Assembly (NCBI GenBank): GCA_963662315.1
Contig: OY759353.1
Span: forward strand, 1,184,001 to 1,248,000
Direction: 5' to 3'
Source: Geopsychrobacteraceae bacterium
Lineage (GTDB): Bacteria; Desulfobacterota; Desulfuromonadia; Desulfuromonadales; Geopsychrobacteraceae
Length of the DNA: 64,000 nt
Positions within the stretch are counted from its first letter, which is position 1, and each line of letters starts with the position of its first letter. Both the position numbers and the translations under genes were made by a program. The notes beneath the pieces were generated by a model that made no database searches, was not told the origin of the DNA, and worked only from the letters and a program-made list of their open reading frames with translations. This document shows positions 50,120 through 60,410 of this stretch, one piece after another.

Positions 50120-51136
50120 ATGAGAATAAAAACCGTTTGGATCATCAGCGAAGGAAGTCCAGGTCATATCAGCCAATCAGAGGGCTTGGTCTCTGGCATG
50201 GCGTCAATTGTCTCGCTGCAATCGATCAAGATTGAGGGACGTACAACGGTAAGAGGTTGGATCCGCCCGCTAATTCGCTTTTTTATGGGAAGAAAAGGAC
50301 GTGCTCTCCCAATTTTTCTATTAAAGCATATCAGTAATATTACTATTCCAGAATCTGCAGCAGAACCAGATCTTATCGTTTCGAGTGGAGGAAAGAGTGT
50401 CTTCGTTGCCAGAACATTGGCCCAGAAATATCAGGTTCCCTATATCTTTATTGGCGAACGTAAGCCTTACCCGGCAGAATGGTTTCATACCATCATAAGC
50501 CCGGTACCTGGAGAGTCATGCTACAACTCTATCGATGTTGAACTTATCCCCACCCCGGTAACACCTGATTTTATCGCTCAAAAAGGGACAACTGAAAAGA
50601 ATCTCTGGTGCATGATTATTGGTGGGTCGTCTAGAAGCAGAAATTTTTCAAAAGCAGACTGGATTGGACTGGCCGATGGAATGAACTCCCTCGCAAAGAA
50701 AAATAATATTCGTTGGTTGCTAACCACCTCACGTCGAACAGGCAAGGAGACAGAAGAACTTCTAAAACAACATATAGATTCTAATGTCCTTGTCGATGCA
50801 ATCTGGTGGCAAGACAACCCTAGGCGAGAACTTTATAACTTTATGGCAAGGGGAGAAGTGTTGTTCGTTACGCAAGACAGCCTTACCATGGTTACAGAAG
50901 CAGTTTCAACAGGAAAGCCTGTCATTGCAGTTCAACCAAACCTTATAGATGCAGATACTAACAACTTTTCTATCTCTTATTTTGAAAAATTAGAAAAGAA
51001 CAAGCGAATAGCTCAGTATGATTGCAATTCGTTAAAGAATTTTTCAATTTACAACCAAATTTTTTGTTTATTAAAGCAGCCCGCAGTTAAAGAAATCTCC
51101 ATGAAACTGCTCTCGAAAATACAAATATCAAACTAA
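50120..51136 (+). CDS. ELM1/GtrOC1-family putative glycosyltransferase
   Basis: SEGSPGHISQS.GL, IIGG, TTSRRT, VTQDS.TMVTEAVSTGKP. Confidence 0.8.
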   Translation: MRIKTVWIISEGSPGHISQSEGLVSGMASIVSLQSIKIEGRTTVRGWIRPLIRFFMGRKGRALPIFLLKHISNITIPESAAEPDLIVSSGGKSVFVARTLAQKYQVPYIFIGERKPYPAEWFHTIISPVPGESCYNSIDVELIPTPVTPDFIAQKGTTEKNLWCMIIGGSSRSRNFSKADWIGLADGMNSLAKKNNIRWLLTTSRRTGKETEELLKQHIDSNVLVDAIWWQDNPRRELYNFMARGEVLFVTQDSLTMVTEAVSTGKPVIAVQPNLIDADTNNFSISYFEKLEKNKRIAQYDCNSLKNFSIYNQIFCLLKQPAVKEISMKLLSKIQISN

Positions 51137-51181
51137 GAATTTGATTATACCCTATACATAAAATTAATAACTTACAATTTT

Positions 51182-52228
51182 CTAGATTAGCAAATATCTA
51201 TCTCTAACCTGAACAGGAAGAATAGAATCAGTTTTCAGTAATATTTCACGGAGAATCATTGGATTCTCAAAATCATTAATAGTCCATTGATAACATAGTA
51301 ACATCGCTAAATATTGCTCATGAACCATCCTATCAAACAAGATTTCTTCTTTATTTCGATCAAACTGAAATGGATTGCTAGGTCCATCCCAAAGTAAAGA
51401 CCCAAGAGCATATATAGGTTTGGAGAACAATAAGGCCTCATGGAGTATATTTGAGTTGATAGAAATTACGCCAAGACAGGATTTTTGTTTTAAAAGATCT
51501 ATAGATTTTACATTGTCTCTATTATGAAATATTAAATTTCTAGAATTGCTAACTTTTAATTCTCCGTAACTATCAGATGGATGCTGAGTAAAAACTAATC
51601 TTACCTTGGTTATTCTAGATTCAAGCGTATCAATTACAGCCTGCCCAACAAGTTCATTGGCTCTTTCTTTACCATAGTAGCACTTATATTCAGAATTTGA
51701 ATGAAGTAGATTCAAATCATTTCCAGTTTGAAGCGCAACAAGATAAAAAGGATCCACCATAGAGTCCTCTACAGTGTGTCCATACAATCCCTTAAGGTTT
51801 TCAACTATCCGGTAAAACTTCTCTTCCCCCCCCAAAATAGACACATAATCATTATCGATGTTAAATTTGATGTGCGACCTTGAATTACATCCTAAACTTG
51901 AAACCTGATAAAAAAATCTTGGCAGCCACCCATGTTCACAAAAAATTTTTTTACCCTCGTAGGGATACTTACGTTTCTCAGTCCAACAAAATACGGTCTT
52001 AGGTAAGTCTCTAAAGACTTCCTTATTCATAGCAATTGTCTTATAAACTGTTATCAACAAGCGGTTTCTAATATAGTGACCATTATTACCTTCTGGCTGT
52101 TTTAGAAAGTGAGTTTTTGCCTGGGATATTTGAGGAATGACTATGTTATCAAGGCTTTCAATAAAAGGAGATTTTTTTAAAGTGTCTAGTGACCGATTCA
52201 AATCAAGAATTTCTTTAAAACTAATCAT
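51182..52228 (-). CDS. KpsS/KpsC-like capsule/LPS modification protein (putative)
   Basis: FCEHGWLPR, VALQ, QHP, SINSNILHEALLFSKPIY resemble KpsS-family motifs; AT-rich. Confidence 0.5.
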   Translation of the reverse strand: MISFKEILDLNRSLDTLKKSPFIESLDNIVIPQISQAKTHFLKQPEGNNGHYIRNRLLITVYKTIAMNKEVFRDLPKTVFCWTEKRKYPYEGKKIFCEHGWLPRFFYQVSSLGCNSRSHIKFNIDNDYVSILGGEEKFYRIVENLKGLYGHTVEDSMVDPFYLVALQTGNDLNLLHSNSEYKCYYGKERANELVGQAVIDTLESRITKVRLVFTQHPSDSYGELKVSNSRNLIFHNRDNVKSIDLLKQKSCLGVISINSNILHEALLFSKPIYALGSLLWDGPSNPFQFDRNKEEILFDRMVHEQYLAMLLCYQWTINDFENPMILREILLKTDSILPVQVRDRYLLI

Positions 52229-52393
52229 GACAGCAATGCACCTTTAAAATCATCTAACTTTATTAGATTTGCTTTTTCATGACACTTCATAGCGCCAAAG
52301 AATATTTTGGATAGTAGCATTCTCTAAAAATTTTAGAGACTTATATTGAAATAAATTAAAGTCATAAGAAGAACTCAATATCTCTAAGAGAAA

Positions 52394-53620
52394 CTACAAA
52401 TTCAAGACAGAGTATATGGATTCTTTGATATTTTGATTTACTAACACTCTATCTTTATCATAGCTTGAATCAAAATAAGACATAACTGTAGGCCAATTTC
52501 GATCTAAATAAACTATGTTGCATAAATCTAAGGAGATATCATTTATTGCTTTAAACTCAGGAATCAATCGCATATCTGAAAACCCATAAACATCCGTACC
52601 GAAAGTATCCATGCTATCTAGATATATAACAGGACAACCAATCTTTAAAATATCAAGTATCGCAGATGTATTACCAGCAACAATGAGATCACAATTATTG
52701 GCAAAATCCTGAACTGTCTCATAGCTTGAAGAAATTATTATGCCGCTCTTCTGATAATTGTGTCTAAGTTGGTCGCGAGGATGAAATCTTATATTCACTT
52801 GCTGAGGTTGAAAGTTTTTTTGAATATCATCAATAAGATGATCCAATACGTCTTTAGAAATTCCATAGGGCAAGCAAATTCCAAATGATTTTATAATCTC
52901 AGGCACTGAGCGAAGAGGTTTCTCATCACCGGGCAAACCATAATAAGCAATTTGTTTGGCACGTGATGCTTTTATGTTCATACGGTCTTGGCTCGCCTTA
53001 CTTTTTAACAGGTGAAGATCGACAGGAAAGGTCGGATATATTATCCCTTGATACGAGGGGGTACAAGCACCATGCAAAATAAAAATACTGGGGATATTTT
53101 CCTTTATAGCCGCAGTAATAAGAGACAATCCTCGTGGAGATAGCAATGCATGAGTAATAACTCCTTTGGCTTTTGTCTTATTTTTTGTAAAAAAATACTT
53201 ATATGCAAAAAAATCAAATAAAAATAAAATATATTTTTCCGTATCCCAGTTAGTTAAATGATTATTCTTGGCGAAACGATAAACTAACTTGATTAACCTC
53301 GGATACAGCGGAGCAATATATATCAGGATCGAAACAGAATAAAAGAACCGCTTAATAAAATTTCTTCTACAATAACTCGAACTGAAAGTAACCTCAGGAA
53401 GAATCGATTGAAGGTATTTCCTTTCTCGCTCAAATGCCGGGCCACTGCCTTTTCCAGCAAAAATAATTGAATCTTGAATTATATTAATGTGAGAAATATT
53501 TTTTATACCCTGGATAAAAACTTTCCATAGACTACCTGAGCTGCCCTCTTCATCCACACGTACCTTATAACGATTATGATTACGGATTGTAATTAATGGC
53601 CTATAGAGCAGGATATCCAT
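52394..53620 (-). CDS. Hypothetical surface-carbohydrate protein, possibly GT-B transferase
   Basis: 408-aa ORF; HG, RFHPRD and NTSAILDILKIGCPVIYL C-terminal pattern; AT-rich. Confidence 0.5.
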   Translation of the reverse strand: MDILLYRPLITIRNHNRYKVRVDEEGSSGSLWKVFIQGIKNISHINIIQDSIIFAGKGSGPAFERERKYLQSILPEVTFSSSYCRRNFIKRFFYSVSILIYIAPLYPRLIKLVYRFAKNNHLTNWDTEKYILFLFDFFAYKYFFTKNKTKAKGVITHALLSPRGLSLITAAIKENIPSIFILHGACTPSYQGIIYPTFPVDLHLLKSKASQDRMNIKASRAKQIAYYGLPGDEKPLRSVPEIIKSFGICLPYGISKDVLDHLIDDIQKNFQPQQVNIRFHPRDQLRHNYQKSGIIISSSYETVQDFANNCDLIVAGNTSAILDILKIGCPVIYLDSMDTFGTDVYGFSDMRLIPEFKAINDISLDLCNIVYLDRNWPTVMSYFDSSYDKDRVLVNQNIKESIYSVLNL

Positions 53621-53633
53621 AAAGTAAAAAACC

Positions 53634-54728
53634 TTATTCTTTCGTTCGTAAAGCAGTTAACTTGTTAAAAAGGGATTTATACTGCCCTACTATCACTTCT
53701 TTAGAAAAGTTTTTATTCAACTTCTCCATTCCAGCATCAACCATTCTTTGTAACTGGTCAGCTGGCATTTCCAGGATGTTGGTAATGTGTCTGGCACAAT
53801 CATCAACATCATCTACGTCAAACAACAATCCATTCTTACCATGATCAATCAACCATCTGGGCCCATCACTATTTGCCGCAAGGATTGGTTTTCCCGCCTG
53901 CCAAGCTTCAAGAATGACATTCCCTAACGGTTCATAGCGGCTTGGCAATACAACAATATCTGCCATATTAAGCAAAGCGGGAACATCTCTCCGTAATCCA
54001 AGAAAAAGAACTCGGTGGGAAAGATTAAGATGTTCCGTCAACTTCTTAAGTTGTTTCTCCAGACGCCCTGCACCAGCGATCAATAAGTAAGTATTTTCCG
54101 GAAGAAGGGTCATCGCTTCAATTAACGTGTCCTGTGCTTTTGCGGGATGAAGACGACCAAGGGTTAATAAAACTTTAGCCCCAGCTGGTATTTTTGGCAA
54201 ATCGCCAGTAGCCTGTAATGCATCAGGGAATTCGGCAAAGTTGGAAATAACTTCTATCTGTTGCTTTGGCCAGCCTTTAGAAAGAACCAGATGACGAAGG
54301 GTTGGTTGATTCACCACAACAAAATCACAGTTGTTATAGGTTTTTTTAGAATTACCATGCCCCATTCGAGCGATATGGATCGCTGCTGGATAGTGTATAA
54401 TTTCAGGGGCAGTATTGTGATAACTCACAATAACATCAGGCTCAAAATCATCAAGATAGTTCTTTATCCTTCGGCGATCATTATATTTTGCAAACAGGGA
54501 TTGAAGGAATCGATGGGGCGCTTTATCTGAACGAAAATTTCCAGTAGCAAGATAATTAATCCCAGCATTATCAAAACGCTTTAGGCGAACTGGTAAATTA
54601 ACGGTTACCACACGTTGATCAATTTCAGGATCGTCTTGAAACGCATAAACCATTTTTTCAAAATAGGTTTGGGCCCCGCCCTCTCCTAACGTTAACAATG
54701 CCTGAACAACCTTAATTTTTTTTCCCAT
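53634..54728 (-). CDS. Glycosyltransferase family 4
   Basis: GGAQ, GRLHPAKAQD, PSRYEPLGNVILEAW; start may be 54740. Confidence 0.88.
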   Translation of the reverse strand: MGKKIKVVQALLTLGEGGAQTYFEKMVYAFQDDPEIDQRVVTVNLPVRLKRFDNAGINYLATGNFRSDKAPHRFLQSLFAKYNDRRRIKNYLDDFEPDVIVSYHNTAPEIIHYPAAIHIARMGHGNSKKTYNNCDFVVVNQPTLRHLVLSKGWPKQQIEVISNFAEFPDALQATGDLPKIPAGAKVLLTLGRLHPAKAQDTLIEAMTLLPENTYLLIAGAGRLEKQLKKLTEHLNLSHRVLFLGLRRDVPALLNMADIVVLPSRYEPLGNVILEAWQAGKPILAANSDGPRWLIDHGKNGLLFDVDDVDDCARHITNILEMPADQLQRMVDAGMEKLNKNFSKEVIVGQYKSLFNKLTALRTKE

Positions 54729-54780
54729 AATGCCTGACAACCATTTTGAGGTTAGATGTGGTTTTGTTTTGCAAGCGCGA

Positions 54781-56340
54781 TCACCTGCACCGAGAAAGTA
54801 ACAATAAGCGCTTTGGCGTTTTAAATAATTCCAACAATAAATATTTTAAAGCGACTAACTTTAAAGGCCGTTGTTTTAATACATATGCATGTTTTTCGTA
54901 CCGAGACCTAACTTCCAGTAGTGATTTAGGACCTTTATATACTCCCTTAGCCCCTTTAGTAATGCCACCTTCCTGATAACGCTTACGAATAGAAGCATTG
55001 GGGTACGCAATGATAGAAGTTCTCGCATTCAGATCGATAAAAAAGCGCCACCGGTTCGAAGCTCGAAAACGGTCATCCAAACGAATCCCGGCAAACAGCG
55101 ATAAGGCAAAAAGATGCGCCTTGTCCCCACGCATTTTCCCGTAGATATAATCGTCTATCCAGTCGACAATCCGGATACTGTCGATATCACGCTGAGACGA
55201 TTTCCGTTCTCCATAGTTATTTGACATAAACCAGCCGCAGTCTGGATATTGTCTGATTACCGGTATTGATTTCTCAATAAAATCAGGAGCAAAAATATCA
55301 TCATCATCAAGAAAAGATACGAAATCCACACCAAGTTGCCAAAAATAATCGATACCGATATTCCTGGCCGCATTTATCCCGCCATTGTGATCTTTTTTTA
55401 TAAAAACAAATCGTTCATCCGTGTAGTCTTTTTCAAGATCTGAATAATCAACAGTGGAAGCGTCATTGACGATAGTTGCTATCCAATCTGGATAGGTCTG
55501 GGCAAGTAAAGAATCCAATGCTTCACGTAAATCATCAGGACGATTATACGTGGGGATCACGATGCCAAAGCGCAGATGGTCCTGCCGCGATGTCTGCCAG
55601 TTTTTTTTGACAAAGGGAGCATGCCGCCAGACTCCATAATTTGAATACATGACATCGGGAGGTAAGGGATCTCCATGAAAAGAGACAACGGACGTACCAG
55701 CAGGAACAACCGCCTTGCCTATGCATCCGGTATTAATACCAAGAAATCTATGCCCTTTAGCACGGCAATGCCGTTTAAAAGACACCACCTTGCCATCGCT
55801 AAAATAATGAAAGGTTTTGATATGGGCATTCAACCAGTTCTGCTCACCGACATCACGGTTCTTCCCATGATACTGATCTACGGCAGCGTGAAAATCTTTT
55901 ATCAGGGAATCCCAGATAAAAGCATGTGAACCGACTTTAAGACGATAAACAGAACCGCTGGCACGCGCACCCGTTCCCGCCCTGGCATCCTTACTCCAGT
56001 TTCTGGCAATAAGAAAATCTTGTTCTGGCTGCTCAAGAAGAAAATCGAGTTTATCGACAATGACAATATCAAGATCCAGACTGACAACCCACTCACCTTC
56101 AAGCCCGAGAAAATTTTGCTGAAAGGTCATCAACTTTTGCCAAATCCCGGTGATTCCGGAATTCGGCAATTCATGGGCTACGATTTCCGGTTTTAGGCCA
56201 GCAGGATCATCCGTGATGCAATGGAAAACAAAGGGACAAGACAAGTGACGTTTGACCATCGCATAGAGGGTATTAACGTAGTTAACACCATATTTTGTAC
56301 CCCAGCGATAGCAAATAATATTCAGCTTTGGCAAACTCAT
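54781..56340 (-). CDS. Fused CxxWG-type glycosyltransferase plus GT2 domain
   Basis: N-half CYRWGTKYGVNYVN…LDLD…FHGDP; C-half IVIPTYNR…VNDAS…AARNIG…FLDDDD. Confidence 0.8.
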   Translation of the reverse strand: MSLPKLNIICYRWGTKYGVNYVNTLYAMVKRHLSCPFVFHCITDDPAGLKPEIVAHELPNSGITGIWQKLMTFQQNFLGLEGEWVVSLDLDIVIVDKLDFLLEQPEQDFLIARNWSKDARAGTGARASGSVYRLKVGSHAFIWDSLIKDFHAAVDQYHGKNRDVGEQNWLNAHIKTFHYFSDGKVVSFKRHCRAKGHRFLGINTGCIGKAVVPAGTSVVSFHGDPLPPDVMYSNYGVWRHAPFVKKNWQTSRQDHLRFGIVIPTYNRPDDLREALDSLLAQTYPDWIATIVNDASTVDYSDLEKDYTDERFVFIKKDHNGGINAARNIGIDYFWQLGVDFVSFLDDDDIFAPDFIEKSIPVIRQYPDCGWFMSNNYGERKSSQRDIDSIRIVDWIDDYIYGKMRGDKAHLFALSLFAGIRLDDRFRASNRWRFFIDLNARTSIIAYPNASIRKRYQEGGITKGAKGVYKGPKSLLEVRSRYEKHAYVLKQRPLKLVALKYLLLELFKTPKRLLLLSRCR

Positions 56341-56346
56341 GGATGG

Positions 56347-57105
56347 TCAGACCTGTTCATTCCAGATATCGGCAAGCCAGGGAGTGGGACGCACATATTT
56401 ATAGATTTTCTTCCAGGCCTTCGGCGTTGGCCATTCACCGGCAATTACATCTTCAAGATCAGGTTTGCCCGTAAATGCGACAATTTTGACATAGCTTGGT
56501 GGCTGCTTTGGCGTGATAAAAAAATTCAGGGGCCATTTAGGGATCATCGTATGCTTGAAACCGGTACACCACTCAAGCGGGTACATTTTGAAAGACCCCA
56601 ACGTGCGACTACAAAAAGTTTGGCTATTCACGTACTGGTTGAGCATTCCCATAGGGTCCGCACTGAAACGTTCCCAAATTTTCGTTAAAGCACCAATGCG
56701 GTAGCGAAAAACCGACATATTACCAATCCCCTTACCAGGCTGGGTCCAATTTTCACTGACCACGTAAGGTTCCTCAGGAGCATAATCCCACAAATCATCG
56801 ATGGACCCTGTAATTATTAGATCAAGATCAAGATGTAAAACATTGCCGGTCAGGTCATACAAGCTTTCCTGAAACAGAAACATTCTTCTGAACCCCTTAA
56901 AACGAAATGTTTCTGGCAAGTCAAAAGGTGGCATAGGTTTGATTTCAACTTCAGGCCTGATTCCTTCATTATTGTCCGTAATGCAGACAAAACGTAAATC
57001 ACGTTGAGTGTTGCGACGCACCATAGCATAAAGCCGATTTACATATTCTGATCCGTAACGCTCACCCCATTTAAGGCAGATAACGGTTATTTTTTGGTTG
57101 TTCAT
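56347..57105 (-). CDS. Putative GT-A glycosyltransferase (CLKWG..Y…YVN family)
   Basis: CLKWGERYGSEYVNRLY, CITD, HLDLD, FTGKP. Confidence 0.7.
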   Translation of the reverse strand: MNNQKITVICLKWGERYGSEYVNRLYAMVRRNTQRDLRFVCITDNNEGIRPEVEIKPMPPFDLPETFRFKGFRRMFLFQESLYDLTGNVLHLDLDLIITGSIDDLWDYAPEEPYVVSENWTQPGKGIGNMSVFRYRIGALTKIWERFSADPMGMLNQYVNSQTFCSRTLGSFKMYPLEWCTGFKHTMIPKWPLNFFITPKQPPSYVKIVAFTGKPDLEDVIAGEWPTPKAWKKIYKYVRPTPWLADIWNEQV

Positions 57106-57150
57106 ATATGTTCACTTTCATAAAAAAAGTATCAGGCAGCAACAGAAAAA

Positions 57151-58251
57151 TTACACTGCTTGACCAAGGCATTTTCGATAAACATTCAGGGTCTTGCTGA
57201 CCATCTGGTCCAATAAAAAATTATCTAGAACATAGGTCCTGAGCCTGGAGATATCTAAATACCTACAACGGCAGATAGCATCACCAAGCCCCTCAACGTC
57301 CTCAGGGTCAACTAAAAATCCGGTTTCCCCATCAACAATAATATCCAAGGCCCCTCCATGTCTGGTTCCGACAACCGGGGTGCCCATTGCCATGGACTCT
57401 ATCATTGTTCGACCAAAACTCTCAGGTTTTTTCGAACATGAAACCAGAACTTGACTCAGAGCATTGATTTCAGGAATCTCTTTGCGACTGCCTGCAAAAG
57501 TAATCAGATTGTCCGCACCAATATTGACCACAAGTTTTTTCAGACTGTCATAATAGTTTTGCTTATCAAAGCGTACCCCCCCAACAATAAGTCCATGAAT
57601 ATTAGGAATAACTGTCGAGGCATACTTTATAGCCCGAATAAACGTTTCATAATCTTTCAACTCGGTAATTCTACCGACAGAACTTACAACAAATTTATCT
57701 TCCAGAAAATATTCCTTCCTGAACAATTCTATCCACTGTTTATCCAATGATTCGGGATTGAATTCAAGAGGATCTATCCCACGATGGATAACATCGATTT
57801 TAAGGTCAGGAACACGATAATGCTTCTGGATATATGATTTTATCGCTGAACTTACACAAATAACCCGATCGCCCCTGGTCATGATTCGACTATAGAAGTT
57901 AACACTGTTGAAACCATGAACAGTTGTTACAAAAGGAATATGCACTGAGCGATTTGCAAGCCACGCAAGCCAGGCTGGAATTCGGCTGCGTGCATGAATA
58001 ATATCCGGATTAATTGTTTTAAGCAGACGGTAGAGGTTGAAAACTCTCACGGGAAACGTAAATATATTTTTACTGCAGACATCACATTCTATATGTTCAC
58101 CACCATCTGCAACAATCTGGTTAACTAAACGGCCTCCGGCACTGATAACCACATTGTCATGACCACGGCGGACAAACTCACGATTAAGCTCCACCACTCC
58201 ACGCTCTACACCACCTTCATTCAGCTCTGGTAATAACTGCAATATTTTCAT
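57151..58251 (-). CDS. Glycosyltransferase family 4
   Basis: GGVERG, HARSRIPAW, TTVHG, GRITELK, ESFGRTMIE; start ATG 58251 after AAGGAG. Confidence 0.9.
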   Translation of the reverse strand: MKILQLLPELNEGGVERGVVELNREFVRRGHDNVVISAGGRLVNQIVADGGEHIECDVCSKNIFTFPVRVFNLYRLLKTINPDIIHARSRIPAWLAWLANRSVHIPFVTTVHGFNSVNFYSRIMTRGDRVICVSSAIKSYIQKHYRVPDLKIDVIHRGIDPLEFNPESLDKQWIELFRKEYFLEDKFVVSSVGRITELKDYETFIRAIKYASTVIPNIHGLIVGGVRFDKQNYYDSLKKLVVNIGADNLITFAGSRKEIPEINALSQVLVSCSKKPESFGRTMIESMAMGTPVVGTRHGGALDIIVDGETGFLVDPEDVEGLGDAICRCRYLDISRLRTYVLDNFLLDQMVSKTLNVYRKCLGQAV

Positions 58252-59189
58252 CAGCAACTCCTTGTTAAAAGAGCAGCCAGATCCAGTTTAGCATTAGCTT
58301 TGCCTATCTGCCCATTAAAGATATGGAGACATTTAAGCTGGGCAAGATGGTCGATAAGCTTGTGCAGTTTAGAACTCTTTCCAGTTCCTTCCAGAAGAGG
58401 TAAGATTTCAATGCAAGCACTACCCGAACAGACGGCTTCACTCACCATGGAACTTGAATCCGCTGTAATAAAAACGTATTCACAAGTGGCCAAAAAATCA
58501 GGAATAGGGTTGATCTGATTCTTTGAATAAAATACTGCCCAATCAAAATCCTGACTTTCAATCATCTGTTCAACGGCAATGGAGGTGCGTCTTGAGGTCG
58601 TTATCCAGACCCGATGGTCTGGCAACTGCTGTCTGATTTGAAGAATCTGCTTTTCCAGATTTTCAGCCGACAGGCAGCCATGGACGGAATCGCCGCCTAT
58701 AATGAGAGCTAAATATTTGTACCCCGGCTGTGGCGTTACCAGATTTTCTGGTGTCGAGCAGGATAAATTAACTGGAATGGTCAATATGTTATCAGCGGCA
58801 GGGGGATTGTCATGTCGTTGGGCAACGATCAAATCGAATACTAACCGGTAACCCTTTGGAAGCATTATTGCGACAGAAGCAACCCCTAGCACTCTGGACA
58901 AGCAGCGAGTGCCATAGTAAGTAGATGATCCGGCAGAAACAATAGCGGCATAATCACCTGCTACCGATTGCACATTGACCAGTCGTAGACTATATATTCC
59001 GCAGCGATCAGCCAGGTAACTAAGAGCTTTAGCTCCAGGAAAGCGAAAACTCACTGTCACAACATCGTATTTGCAATCCAATAAACGAGCGAAAGCAATC
59101 GCCTGGTTAACGTGCCCGGGCTTTCCGTCGCTCAAAATCAGAATTCGCTGCCCGGCTAATGACGCAGGATCAAATTTCTTCGGCTTCAT
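58251..59189 (-). CDS. ELM1/GtrOC1-family putative glycosyltransferase, second copy
   Basis: SDGKPGHVNQ, IIGG, TTSRRT, NPIPDFL, TADSSSMVSEA. Confidence 0.8.
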   Translation of the reverse strand: MKPKKFDPASLAGQRILILSDGKPGHVNQAIAFARLLDCKYDVVTVSFRFPGAKALSYLADRCGIYSLRLVNVQSVAGDYAAIVSAGSSTYYGTRCLSRVLGVASVAIMLPKGYRLVFDLIVAQRHDNPPAADNILTIPVNLSCSTPENLVTPQPGYKYLALIIGGDSVHGCLSAENLEKQILQIRQQLPDHRVWITTSRRTSIAVEQMIESQDFDWAVFYSKNQINPIPDFLATCEYVFITADSSSMVSEAVCSGSACIEILPLLEGTGKSSKLHKLIDHLAQLKCLHIFNGQIGKANAKLDLAALLTRSC

Positions 59190-59337
59190 CGCTCAACATA
59201 ACCGGAATGCCATTACGAACGGGGTAGCGTAAAGCACATTTTTTGCACAATAAAAAGTCATTTACAGGATCCTGCTGAATATCCCCTTTACATTTGGGGC
59301 AGGCAAGAACCTCTAGCAACTCGGGGCTTACAGGCAT
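59170..59337 (-). CDS. Trm112/YcaR-family small protein (55 aa, not in ORF track)
   Basis: Hand translation MPVSPELLEVLACPKCKGDIQQDPVNDFLLCKKCALRYPVRNGIPVMLSDEAEEI; usual position after lpxK. Confidence 0.9.
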   Translation of the reverse strand: MPVSPELLEVLACPKCKGDIQQDPVNDFLLCKKCALRYPVRNGIPVMLSDEAEEI

Positions 59338-60410
59338 CGTTGATCTCCATGCAACTTTTTCATAATAGTATCAATAAACAGATCTTTATCAGAAATTTTA
59401 ATTTCCAAAGGAATCTGATAGCAAGGCCGGTGAAACTTCTCTGCAGACAGTTTCACCGCATCCTTTTCTGTTGTAATAAAAGCTTGAGCTGTTGAGATAT
59501 CCTCAAGAGATTTCAATATAACAGAATTGTATTCTGTATGATCATTAAAACTAAAACGCTCTACAAGTTTTAATCCTCTCTCTTCTAAAGATTTGAAAAA
59601 ACTATCAGGGTCGGCAATTCCTGCAAAAGCGCATAGATTCAGATCTCTCAGGACATCCAATGCGACTATTTCTCCTGACAGGGAAGCAACCTGACCACTT
59701 AGCTGATAAGTCGCATAAAAGGCAGGGAGGGAACGATAACTGGACGCCCCGACACTATGTGACCGAGTAAAAATAATCAGGTCAGCCCGCTTAAGAGCAC
59801 TGCCAGACTCGCGAAGTAATCCGGCGGGTAACAGCCAACCATTGCCAAAAGGTTGCTGTGCATCCAACAGAACCAGATTAATATCTCTGGCAACGGCGCG
59901 GTGTTGAAATCCATCGTCAAGAATGATCACATCCACAGAGGAAAACTGCCGTTCAATAAGCCGAAGACCATGTTTGCGCCTCCGAGCGATGACAACAGGA
60001 ACTCCTGTATTTCTGGTTGCCAACAGGTACGGCTCATCGCCAGCAACTATGGCTGACATTAACAATTGACACTCATCGGAAACACACCCGGCTTCGCCAT
60101 TGAAGTTTCCACCATAGCCGCGACTTAAAATAGCGACATGGAGTCCTCGCCCCTTAAACTCTTTAACCAGGAAATCGACAACAGGAGTCTTCCCGGTTCC
60201 TCCTGCAGCCAGGTTACCCACAGAGACAACCGGTATTGACGAGCGATATTCGCGCCTGAGCCTGCAATCAAAAGCGATGTTGCGCAACCATACCACCAAG
60301 CCATAAACGAATGAAATGGGAAGCAACGCGTAGAGTATCAGAGCTTCACTGGCAGAAGAGGGTCCTTGAGAAACAAGGCGTCTGTGAATTTTATGGAGCT
60401 GAGACCACAT
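59328..60410 (-). CDS. lpxK: Tetraacyldisaccharide 4'-kinase
   Basis: SVGNLAAGGTGKTP, LSRGYG, GDEP, LDDGFQH, LLPAGLLRE, TTEKDAVK. Confidence 0.95.
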   Translation of the reverse strand: MWSQLHKIHRRLVSQGPSSASEALILYALLPISFVYGLVVWLRNIAFDCRLRREYRSSIPVVSVGNLAAGGTGKTPVVDFLVKEFKGRGLHVAILSRGYGGNFNGEAGCVSDECQLLMSAIVAGDEPYLLATRNTGVPVVIARRRKHGLRLIERQFSSVDVIILDDGFQHRAVARDINLVLLDAQQPFGNGWLLPAGLLRESGSALKRADLIIFTRSHSVGASSYRSLPAFYATYQLSGQVASLSGEIVALDVLRDLNLCAFAGIADPDSFFKSLEERGLKLVERFSFNDHTEYNSVILKSLEDISTAQAFITTEKDAVKLSAEKFHRPCYQIPLEIKISDKDLFIDTIMKKLHGDQRCL

